64,000 nucleotides of DNA from Macrostomum lignano (taxonomy: Eukaryota): assembly GCA_002269645.1 (NCBI GenBank), contig NIVC01000696.1:62001-126000 (forward strand), given 5' to 3'. The stretch's first letter is position 1. Every line of letters starts with the position of its first letter. Shown piece by piece: positions 33,630 to 45,400 of this stretch. The notes under the pieces are model-generated. The model did not search any database. It was not told the DNA's origin and worked only from the letters and a program-made list of their open reading frames with translations. The position numbers and the translations under genes are program-made.

Positions 33630-34991
33630 ATGGACTCAATCATCGAAGTAATTCAGCACGTGTTCCTCGGCTCCAGCAGCGCAACGGAGAACTCTGATCT
33701 ACTGCGGGAGCACGGTGTGACCCACCTTCTCGGTGCCAGCCATGCCTACAATCTCAGGGAGAGACGAATCCGGTTCGGCGGGCTGATACTGGGCTGCAAG
33801 AATGTCTTCGTTACCGACACTTTGTTGGAGGTGGTGGAGGAGTGCAACGAATATATTCACTTTTGTAGAGTAAGTTTGCCCACGCACAGGCTGATTCCCA
33901 ATATCTCTAATAAACTATGCTGGAACAGCTTGTGTAAATCACTGGTGCTTCGTTATTCAGGCCTCTTGTTAATAGTATAGTTTCACCATTACTGAGTAGC
34001 ATCTGGGAACAGTCATAAATACACTATCATTATTTAGATTGCACAGCTCGCTTGGCCATGAATTATCATATAAGAAAAATTATAGACGATCCAGAAGAAA
34101 TCACTGCTCTTTTTGAGGCAAAAAACGCAACCGTGTGCATTAGAAGGTAGAAAATTGTATGCGTCAAAGAAGTTACATGAAAACTGATCGACAAAAGAGA
34201 CGAAAAGATTTTGTTTAGCGGCTCTGACTGTCGCTTTTCTCGACTTTGAACTTGGGAAGCTACTGGAAAATGAGATCAACCTATGCTGTCTGTTGTCATT
34301 TTCGCTGCTTTTCTTACTCTCAGGAACTTATCAATGTAGCTCGTAATCAAGCAGTCAAATTCCATATTTTGGGCCCTAATGGTATTTTATTTCTTGCCAA
34401 AAACAGGAATGCTTGGATACAAAGAAAATTCACTAACGAATCTGCTAATTGAATGTTTTGATGGAACGGAAATGCGCGTGATAAAGCAGTGAAATATGAG
34501 GCCTCTATCAGATCTGAGGTAAAAATATTTATTACGGCTGAGTTGTTCGAGTGAGTTCGCAATTCGTCCACGTGACCTGGCTCCTTGCTTTCCTAGACAC
34601 CATCCTTTTGATAATCCATAAGAGGCCAAAAATTTCCGCTAGCCTCATTAACAAGATTTGTTACGTTTTGTTGCAGAAAAACGGCTTCAATTTGCTGGTT
34701 CACAGCCCGCGCTCACTGCCACTGAGCAATCTATTGATTGCCTTCTATCTGACAACGGTATCGAACTGCAGCCTGAGTGACACGGTGCAGCTGCTTCGCC
34801 AGTTCAGGCCCGACCACGATCTAAGCGTGTACAAGCGAGAATGGAATCACTTTGAGACGCCGCATGGCCCATGCTCGGACGAGATCGCCCACCTGGATGA
34901 GACTTGGGGCGAGAAGCAGCCAACGCTGACCTACTTTGACTACGCCATCCTCACCCAGCTGCATATGGAGGCCAGACGTATTTCGCGTTAG
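33630..34991 (+). CDS. DUSP22/DUSP15-like dual-specificity phosphatase-fold protein, predicted pseudophosphatase
   Basis: Exon 33630-33869 (GTAAGT donor) joins exon 34677-34991 (TTGCAG acceptor) in phase 0. VFLGS..LREHGVTHLL..EECNEYIHFCR|KNGFNLLVHSPRSLPLSNLLIAFYL aligns with the DUSP22 pattern LYIGN..VTHIL..FIHECR..LVHCLAGVSRSVTLVIAY. It may continue into 37038-37354. Confidence 0.78.
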
Positions 34992-35864
34992 TATCAATAT
35001 TTCTTTGTCATTTGTGTTTAATTCTTATAATTATTGCCGCTAAGGATTGCTGCTTCTCCGCTTTTTCAGTGCGGATAATGGTGAGGTGTAGAGGGAACCG
35101 GAAAAGTACGTTTAATGACAGTTAGCAAGAGTCAATTGCTTTGAGAAGATGCCGAAATTGTCTAGGCAGTATATTGACTACTACATCGAATGCAAAGTAT
35201 AATAGTCTGATGTCATTCAGAGACTAAGAAATTTTTTGTAACTTTCCAGTATTATTTACCAGTTTGTATAAGTCGTATTCGTTCAATGGGATCACTGACA
35301 CAAGGGGCTAGCAGTCTCTCTATATACAGACATTATTTCTACCTGTAGATGAGATCAGTTAATGAATGCTTGTAGAAAAAAGGTAAGTAAAAAAGTCAAC
35401 ACCAGCATGATGATGTTTAATTTTCTTAGCTAACGAGTTCGTCAACTCAGACGTGTCTGAATGTCAGAGAAGTCAAAATCAACATCATGCACTTAAATAA
35501 AAATTTATGGGCTTCTTGCTTTCTATGATATAGCTCTTAGCAGGTTGCACTCTACGTGCAATTCTGACTGTCTGATGGGAAAAAACATTGGAGCTGTCCT
35601 CGCCCTTCGGTTTTTATAAACGCTTGGGTAGCTAGCACTTTTCTTGCTTTTTAAAGTGAAGATTGACAGATCGTTGAGGGAGGAGACAAAAGCTCTACTT
35701 TAGACTTGAAAATGAGCCGTATTGCGAAGCATCCCTGCCTTGAAAGTGAACCAAACTCAGAAAAGGCATACTTGCACTCGCTGTGCTTGCAAATCCGGAA
35801 GTTCAGAATTTCAGATATTGTCAAATCCACATATTACGAGGTACTAGCTCAATGTCTACTTACA

Positions 35865-36790
35865 TGCTTACTACTGACGGGGGCGCACGCGCCGCGAATA
35901 GTCCGTGAGGCCCCGATCGCAACCCCAAGGTAAAAGAGACCAAGGATTAACCCTGGGGGTGCGCCCAGCCCCCGCCAGTAGTTGGCAGGTTCGCAAAGGA
36001 AGCATCGGCGACCCTCATCCGGCCGGAATCTCGGACGAAGGCGCGGTGGTCACGGATGTTGTCCGGGGTGGTCAGTTTGTCCATCCGCTGGGGGTGGCAG
36101 AGGTATTTGTGCCGCGCCTTATTAAAGTAAGGGCAAGAAGGCGACGTGATGCTCCGCGGTCTCCTCTCCTATGCCACAGAAAGGACACGTGGTAGGGCAA
36201 CCGGTTTGCAACGAGATATGTCTCTGGAAGAAAGCATGGCCGGTTAGGACCATGCACATCTCCCTGAGGTCGGTTCTGTTAAGTGATATCAGATATTCAA
36301 GGACTTTCCTGTTCAGGTTTTGCATTGCAGAGCGGATCTGCCTGTAGTCGGTGCAACTGTTCCAGTAAAATGGTGTTGCTGGTGGAGCCACCTGTTGATA
36401 TGGCGGGTGACTTGCGACCTGGGAGTGGGTAGCCTCATCAGACGGTGGTTGCCGTCTGGGTTGCTGCCCTATTTGGCGAGAGAAGCCGCGAGCTCGTTGC
36501 TTAGGATATTGCTGTGACCAGGTGTCCAGATAATTCTAATCATGTTAAGAACTGAGAGGGATTGCACACTGTGGTGGCATTGAGATACTGTAGCAGCAGA
36601 AACTTTTTTTGGTGGTTAAGGCCTTGATAGCGGCTTGGCTATCAGTGTAAAAATGAACATTAAAATTATCAATGTTCGCCTGGAGCAGGTGCTGGGCGCA
36701 CTGCTCAATGGCGCAAATTTCGGCATAGAAAACCGAGGTGTTCTCACCGAGGTGCAGACTTTCCTGAAAGAGCATCTTACCCTCGTGAGC
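35865..36790 (-). mobile_element. RNase H-bearing non-LTR retrotransposon 3' fragment (I-group-like)
   Basis: [27 protein letters not shown] and NELAA (RNase H), followed by LTGH..TCPFCG..ETAEHH (CCHC knuckle). Frameshifted. Confidence 0.85.
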
Positions 36791-37037
36791 CTCTCTGTTT
36801 GTAACTTTCTAGATATTGAACGGCTTAACCGAATTTGATCGCGATTGCCGCAGATCCGATGCAAATCAGGGGTATTATTTTGCTGGTGTTTTACTTATTG
36901 TGCTGAAAAAAGAATTATCCCCAATATTGCAAACAAATTCTATTTGAAAATTAATTTTTTATGTGCAATTTTGCATGGTTTTTCAATTAGGCGTCTTCCA
37001 GCTCTACCTTAGGCACCCAGCATATTCTCGCCCGCAG

Positions 37038-37366
37038 GACGCAGAGCCAGTCGTCGCTCGGTACAGATTTCCGAGAGTCAGCACGATCAGCTGCTGACTT
37101 GGAAGGCGCTTGAGGAGCATCGGCGGAGCCTCCTGCTGGACAAGACTGTCAAAGAGGAGACGCAGCGTCGCGAGATGAAGGAGAGACGCAGGGAAGAGAA
37201 GTACCAGATATCGTACGCGCCGGACTACAAGCTCACCTACGACTGTCACGAGTTTGACGAGAGCATCTTTCACAATAATCGCGTGGTGGATTTTTACCTG
37301 CCATCTAGCATTGACTCCATGCTGAGGCTGCAGCGAGTGTCTACCTACAGGCAGGTAATTTCGTGA
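37038..37366 (+). CDS. Probable coding exon, possibly the C-terminal exon of the DUSP-like gene
   Basis: GC-rich open frame RRASRRSVQISESQHDQLLTWKALEEHRR..EEKYQISYAPDY.., bounded by acceptor CCCGCAG (37037) and donor CAG|GTAATT (37355) or stop at 37366. Confidence 0.55.
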
Positions 37367-37904
37367 CAGTGCAGCAGCCATCATCTTCCAAGGACGACTC
37401 AAGAAGGACGGGGAGCTTCGTATCGTAGAAAAAATTGATGAGTACTTTAGGAACTCGTAGTAGCTCGTATCTCTCAGGAATTTTTAGCTTAGGACATTTG
37501 TGCAGAAAACATAAAAATTTGAGCTACTCCAAACTCTTTTTTTCTAAAAAAGACTCTTTTTACAAAAATGAATAGAGCTATTCAAAACCGAATCGCTGAC
37601 GCATGGGCATGTAGTAGCGCATATATGTTATTTTGCGGCCGTGTTTTTAACTGTTTAAATTGCGAAGCAAATTAAAGGACAGTTCGAATTTGTTGCAGCT
37701 TTGCTGCGAGAACTTCATAATTTTGAGTTAATACAGTTGAGCACAGTTCGCCTATGCAGAAACGCTTTGCGGGTGTTTTTGCTGAAATTTTTGGCTCAAA
37801 AATGAGTAGTTTTGTGTCTTGGAATACCAGCATTCTTTTTTATTTATCGAATTCAAAACGATTCCAATGGCCGATTCTCTAAGATAAGCAAAATAAAATT
37901 TGCT

Positions 37905-38194
37905 TCTCTATTCTACAAACTTTATCTCAAGGGCCAGAATAGAAAACTTAGCACATAACTGCGGGCCAGAGGAGGGTTAGAGAGGGGAAGAGGGTATGAA
38001 GTAGAAGAGAGGAGACAAGGGGAGAGGTGAGACAAAATAGAAGACAGAGGAGAGAATGGAGAAGAGAACAGAGAAGGGAGAGAGAAGAGGAGGGAGAGGA
38101 GAAGGAAGAGGAGGAGATAGGAGAGAAGGAGGGAAGAGAGGAGGGAAAAGAAGAGAGAGGGGGAGAGTTCAGAGATGAGAGAGATCGACCCCTG
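37905..38194. mobile_element. hAT/Charlie-like MITE with internal polypurine tract
   Basis: Left part AAGGGCCAGAATAGAAAACTTAGCACATAACTGCGGGCCAG is homologous to 58434-58470. Right end GATCGACCCCTG. About 190 bp of GA-rich sequence lies between. Confidence 0.55.
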
Positions 38195-38870
38195 CTCTAA
38201 ATAGGTAATCGAAATCGGCATCATGTCGATCTAGCCAGCGAATGCGAACTAGCTAGCTGCATGAGTGAAAATGAATTGAAAGGAAGATTGCCACGAACAC
38301 ACCGGACCACCTGATAAGAGAATGCATTAGCTAGAGCTGCGAGTGCGAGCATGTACATGTAGAGCAGTCCGTCCATTAAGCCGAAATGGTACAGACAAGT
38401 TTAGCAGCGCTCAGCCGTTACCCTTGCGCTGAAGATCGTGACTATAATCTTTCAGGGCTTATGCTTGCAACAGTTTACGTGTACTGTGGAAGTAATCATG
38501 TCTAATAAAAATATTAACAAATTCTAACACAATGCAATCTAGTTAAATTGAAATACTTCAGTACAGTGCAAAAGAAAGCAGCAATGCGCTGGGCTTTGAT
38601 GCTTTTGCTTGATTAACCCTCGATCAAGCTTTTGAAATGTATCGCATACCAATCAAACCTTAAGGTGAAAAACAGACTAAGTCAATAATTTTATTTATTA
38701 GTGCACATCAAAGCAGATCTGTTTCTACTCAGTGCACAAAAATTGCAGCAGAAATTCTAAAACCGCTTTGAGCCTATTTTTGAAAGCTTTTAATCCATCT
38801 GCGCATGGGATTTGGATCGGGAGCTGAGCTGGACCTGAAATATTTTTAATTAAATTCGTTGCTTTGCCAG

Positions 38871-40233
38871 CTAATCCTGACGCCCAATTTGCAGCTGCGA
38901 CTCGAGCGTCCTCCTGCGCGATAGAACCTCATCCCAGAGCAGATAGGCTCCAGCCAGCTGCCTCTCTCCGCTGAATCCTGTCCGTGAGTGAAGCAGACGC
39001 GAGTTGTCAAACAGAGCCATCTCGCCCGACCGCAGCTTCACTTGTAGTTGGACTTTGCTACTGTCACTGCTGATATCGCGACCTTCAATGACATCGTTGA
39101 AGGCCTTCAGGGCGTCATAAATCAACTGAACATCAGCCAGCGGCCAAGCCTGAAGTAGGTCACGCTGTTGATTACTGAAGTGCACCCGTCTGTAGCACCA
39201 TTCACCGTCTGGTTGGCAGTCCAACTCAATTGTCGCATGCGTCGCTACAAGATCAAATCGACGGTCGGCGAGCTGGCCGCGATCGCGAAATCGAACCGGC
39301 ACGGTGGTTAGTAGGCGAAAAAGATCCGGACGGCTCCGTCGAATGTGCTCGGCAGCTGAGAAGCCGTCAGCAAAAAGGCTGTCGCCGCCGGGCCCCGAAG
39401 CCTGCACCTGACATAGTAGAGCCTGTACACCCGGCTGCTCGTGCATGTATGGCAGGTCCGTATGGAAGTCCAGTCTATCACTTGTGTAACCCTTTGAGCG
39501 TTTAGATGTGAGGAATGGCATGATTTGAGACCAAAGTCTTCACAAATCATTAAGACATTTTATTACTCACCAGATTCCTGGGCTTCGCCTCGGCTCGCAT
39601 TTCAAATGTCTCGCCATAGTGAGTCGTTCTAGGGAAGGATAACCTTTTGCAAATATTTTTCACGACCTCAGAGTCCACACCACAGTCCTCTATCAGAACG
39701 AGTCCCCGTTCTTCGAGCTCTAATAGAGTTAGTAGTAGCTCTGCATCACTCTTCATTATGTGTTCGAAGCGGACCTTTTTAGGCTGCCAAATAGGTGCAG
39801 TGGCTTTTGAAGCATCGCACCAAAGCACTGGTCGGTTGCGGGTCAGTGGAGGACGCTGCCGGCCAGCAGTATCGGCACCGAATGCTACAGCGCGCAGCCA
39901 TTCAAGACGGTAGGAGCTCGAATGTCCATCATCCCAAGACACTGTCATGGACTCGCTTTGCTCGCTCATCTGAACTGATACAGCGTTTACTCGTGGACAA
40001 AAGTCCATCATCTTTAGATTTCGCAACTCGGAGCTAGCACTATAGCATACTGGGCACGGACAGTTGTCGCGGAGCCAGGCCAGAGGAAAGTGCATTTTTT
40101 TATCCTCATTCGTAGCATTTTTTATGGTTATGACTCTTTCTGTTGGATTTAACAATACAGTCGTTGCATTTGCAATAGAACAGAAAAATCGCTTCAGCGG
40201 GCCCGGTAATGCCATATGCCCGAATCGCAGCAT
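38871..40233 (-). CDS. BBOX1: Gamma-butyrobetaine dioxygenase (carnitine biosynthesis)
   Basis: Exons 40233-39571 and 39491-38871, 79-nt phase-0 intron GTGAGT..AAAG. N-terminal zinc site WLRDNCPCPVC..WDDGHSS, Fe ligands HTD and LLHSR, 2-oxoglutarate Arg in RQLAGAY. HTDLPY..PGVQ fits BBOX rather than TMLHE. The likely ATG at 40233 is 4 nt after TTTTTTCACTCCAG. Confidence 0.92.
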
Positions 40234-42425
40234 TGTTCTGGAGTGAAAAAACATGCAAGATGCAAGATGCAACAAAATACTATGTATATGCATTTTTAGA
40301 TACAATTTTTGTGGAATGGATTAGCTGCTTTATTTTGAAATCGCTCTAAACTATTTTCATAAATGTGTAGCTACGATATATTTCCCTATTTGTGAATAGG
40401 GAAAAAATGCACTTCCCAAATTACATGTAAATGCATTAACCAGTTTCAAGTCGTTTACTATTACCTAAAGAAAGTCAGAATTAAACGCACAAATTACTGA
40501 TTTTTAGTCGAACTGTAGAAAACTATGGCTGCCTGCCTAGTAAATATTTAATGCCAACACAGGTGTGTCAGCTATTGATTATACGAGCAACTACACCGCA
40601 ACTTTAAAATTGAAATCAAAGCGATTTAATGATCTACTAAATAATCTTGGTAGTTTGTAGTTTATAGTGGTTTAGGTTTTAGGAAGCAACTTAGAAATAA
40701 CGTAGTTGGTTACAAAACTAATTTTTGTTTGCCACGGTCCACAGTGTATACGTTTCTTGAAAAAAATATATCATAAATTATAAACATTAAAATATTAAAC
40801 ACAAATACATCAGCAGACTTCATGCAAATTCGATTGAAGCACACAAAAGTACAAAACGAAACTATCGATTACAAAGCGGTAAAAGTAAAAAAATGGAAAT
40901 GAAATCAATCATTAGTAATAATAGTAACTGCACATTTGAATTGAAACAAAAACGGTATTAAGGTCTAATTTTTTCGTTCAAACATCAGACTATAATTAGT
41001 GTTATAGATTGATAAAACATAGATAAACACTCAGTTAAAGTAACTCTACCTTAATTTTTTTGTTTTACGCACTTCAAATACAATTATAGAGAAAAACCAC
41101 CACAGGCACAGGTTTTTATTCGGGCTTTGAGTGATTCGGCCTTTGTACATGCATGCACCATGACACTCATGGCTTATTGGCTTTAAACCTTTGAAATTGG
41201 TCAGTTAATATTTTGATACTTCAAACTTTGCCAAGCCTATTTCCTATTCAATCTAGCCTTACCATAGAGTAATGTAAATTAATTTAATCCTTGGACAACT
41301 ATTTTTATAAAAAGCTTGTCACTTCACCTTTCTTATTCTTTTTATGCCCAGAAAGCACGCAAAGCCCCCACTCCATCTAACTAAGCCTGTATAGAAGTAT
41401 ACATGCATACATGCAGTATACATGCAGTATAGAATGCTTTATTGACTAAATAAATAGTAGTAGTCAGTCTATTATCAATACTAGGCCTAGGCCTAGCTAA
41501 AATTAAAAACAGAGTTGGTAATGGCAATGAGTATTTTAGTATATGGATTAGGCCACTTATCAAAGACAGTGTCTTGAGTGCTATTAGTGTCCCACTTGAA
41601 TATTTTAAATAGTAGGCCTTAGCCCTAGCTTTTCAATAGATTACTTTGCAGCTATCTTCTCGAATCGTTCGTTTAATTCCAACCCCCACCCCCCCACCAC
41701 CCTTGAATAGAGGGCCAAATAATTCTGGAAATAATTAAATGAACGATTTGAGAAGATTGCCTACTTTGCTACTATGTTGCTACTACTAGGGGCCTATCTA
41801 GTTGCCAATATTGCATTAGAAATATCTAGGTATAATTCAAGTTACTAAGCCTTATGCATTTGTGAATTCAATCTTTGTATGATAGCCTAGAAAGTCTTTT
41901 TTGTATGCTTTTATTAATATAATAGGCCTAATCATTCATATGTAGTCATAGACTCATAATCAAAAATGTTTTTTTATTATTTATTTAAATAGTGTTTAAA
42001 TAAAAAAACAACTAATACAGGCATTATGTTTTCAAAATAGAAAAACAATTAAAGAATAGTGATTTTAATATATTATATTAGATTTAAAATTAAATATCTA
42101 ACACAACTTAGCATTTTTAAGTAGGTCCCTATCTATAAATTATATTATATTCTAAAAATGTGGCATAGTTCTAATTTATTTTGTTATATTATTCTGCCTT
42201 TTGTTAAATTATTTTATCCCATAGTCAGGAAGGTGGCAGAGTGTGCGCCGGAATAAATTTTGGAGGGACAATCTGTGTGCCATCTGTGCACTGTCTTTGT
42301 GCCATATGTGTGCCACTTATGCGCTGTTTCTGTCCCCTAACCCTGACCCTACACAGAAAAGCACCCTATGTTAACCTAAGGGTATATGATAAATTAATGT
42401 TACGAAATAAAATATGCTCATATAG

Positions 42426-45400
42426 TTAGGTTATCGCATTCACAGATCGTTGATAACTCGGCCAATGTATGGACAGCGTGGCTTTGTAGTTGCATTGTGG
42501 TGGACCACCTTGCTGACAATATACTTCTTCTTTGCCAGAAGCCATCTGCGGCGTGTTGATGGATGGCTGCGCCAAAGTATCATTTGACTGGCTGCCTTGC
42601 TGCTTCTGCGAACGCATAGCTAAGTAGAAGGTTTCTACTATGGCCTCTGAAGGTAAAGACAAGATTAGAGCACGGAATTTAATTGTAATGTAAGTTTGAT
42701 GTGAATGAACAAGACAAAAGACATGATCATCATTGTAATTTCCTAGAGTTGAAATTAAACACAATTTAAAACATTTAAAACTGTATGCCTTGATCTCACC
42801 AGTACCACTGCGTTGCAGCGCAAAATCCAGCAGACGACAGACCTTTTGTCTGGCAGGCTCAAACAGCCGTGGGTCATGGTACATCGACTGGTAGACAGCC
42901 TTCTCCACAAGGTAAGTGAGCACCATATTGCCGGACTCTGTCACGACTTCCAGGCAGAGATCGAAGCAGCATGAGTTGGCGGCGACATAGATGGCAACAA
43001 TTGGCTCCGAGATGGCTGGTGACAGCCATTTTTCATGGCCCCTGCCAGTTTTAAACGCTTGGTGCACACTGGCCATGTATGCAGCAACGTACTTGCGCGA
43101 TAACTTCGCATTCATTTCCAGATGATTGTGGCACTGCGCTTGTTTGACAAGACATTTGGCCTAGGGGGACTCCGTGTAAGCCTCTACATCGACATCAAAA
43201 TCATTTGATGCCAGCAGTCCAATGATGGCAGCAGCATCCATAATGGCACAATCGGAAACTGCTGCATTGGAGGACTTCAAGATGCGCTCAGTGAGGCTAT
43301 TGTGCAGTGCACCAGCAAGCTTAGCTATGTCGTTTTGCATGTCATCGCAGTTGCATGCGACCCAATTAACCTGCGCCTCATTCGTCGTCCGCCCAATACG
43401 CCCTGAAGACGCCCTCTGTGCGCCCTTATTCGTCACCAGCCAACTGTCGAGTAGTGGCATGCCGTCGAAAACACCCCCAGGTCAAATTGAGTCGTAGCAC
43501 GAGGCTAGGCATGGATAGTCTAAAAGGCTGAAGCATTCCGACCTTCGCTTTAGGTAGCTGGCGACCTTCTGCCACAGCAGTGACACTTTCCAGTGGGGCT
43601 GCTGAAGGTCCTGTGTAATTGAAGGACAACAGCAACATGACGCAGACGCAAGGAAGAAACAAGTTGCTAAAAAAAGTATTTTAGACTTACCTGGGCGATT
43701 TCCATCAGTTCACAGAGGGGTGCTAACAAATGGAGCAGGGCCAGCATGTCGAACACAAAATCACAGCCAAACATCTGGTACTGCAAAGTCTCGTCATCCT
43801 TGCAGTTTGGGTTTTCCGCGCGGAAGGCCTTGTGCAGAGTCTGTGCAAAAATGTGTAATACTAATGCGAGTATCAAGTACGAGTATTTTTATGGCAGCTA
43901 TTACTTATACCATAAGAAGATGCAATGGCTTCCCACTGCTTCATAGCTGAGCTGGCAAAGCGATGTGTCGCAAATGAGCAGATGCACCTGGCACCCTCCT
44001 CCGTCGCTTCTTCTAAAGCAGCAAAGCCCCCGCCTCAACCAAACTGGTGGGAAAATTTGTTGGCCCACTTTACAAACTGGCTGAAGAACTCTCTGTTGGG
44101 GTTTTGGCCATCGTGGACATTGGTGACTGCCAGGTTCATATAGTGCGCCGCATCCCAGCTGATGGGCTCAAACTCCTTGTCATCGACGTCGATATTCAAC
44201 TGCCTGCGCAACGCATCTGCGAATGGCCGATTGTGGATGTACTGACCATTGGCAACGACGCCGATGATACTGCAAAGGGGAGGATCGAATACTTATACCA
44301 TCTCCAACAGCAATTTGGCTAGGGCTTCCACTCCTGCGTCTATACTGCTGTCGTAAATCCGAGGTGTGCCAGCTGGGATAGCCAAAGCTTCACCAGATTT
44401 GTCCCTGTGAATTGCAGGAATTTCGCTTTTAAATAATTATTCTGAAAGGCAGTAGGGATTAGGAGACATCATGTCTTCAGTAATGCAATGCAAGGTAATT
44501 CTACCTGGCCAACACTATCACTGCTTGGTTAGTGATGTGCGACAGCATGCTTTTGTTGCAGGTAAGGCAGATGAGCGGCGGGAGACCCGTAGATGGCAGG
44601 GGTGCGCGCAGAAACTGGCTGGTGCTCCTGTCGACACAGACCTCGAGCAGGCGCCACATTTCCATGAAGAATTGGCTATATAATTGGAATGGGGTGAATA
44701 ATGCAAAGCCAGTTAATAGGCAGCGTTTATAGGCTAAGTTAACAGAAACAGCAAAACCCTCACAATCTGAGTCCGATGTTTCCAACTTTGGCTTCACATG
44801 CCTCCAAATGATTGATGAACAGCTCGTAATGCATGGCTGCAGTTGCCGTCTCGATGAGTAGAGCTGCAGTTCGAATAATATTCCAAATAACCGTCTGATT
44901 TAGAGTGTTTCGCTTCTCCTCATTATTCTGCAGATCAATAGCAAAATGGTGATCTCTGCCATTCGCTCCAGACATGTGGCTCAGAATCCTGTAGTGGAAT
45001 TTGTAGAAGGCTAAGTGGTCATTATGCAGCTTCTCCATCTTTGCTGTGTTGACAAATAGGCCTGTGCCAATTAATCCTTTAGATGAGGGATTTCTGTGAA
45101 TAAAGTATAGATTATGTTTCTGTAAATGAATTATAATAAATAGATCTTGGAGGCCAAAAACCTTATTGTCCCAAACTTACATATGCCGATGCACACCCTC
45201 AACTGACATTGTACAATGCTCAAGCGTGCAGATAATGCCTATGTCTATGCTAAAATCATATAGTTAGTCTATACAAAAAGCGTGCTGATAATAAAAAAGC
45301 GTGCAGATAATTGATGTCTATGGCAAAACTTTAATATGGTTTGTCAGTGTTTATATTTTAAGTAAGAATTTAACAAAACAACTGCAAAGAACTCTATGAG

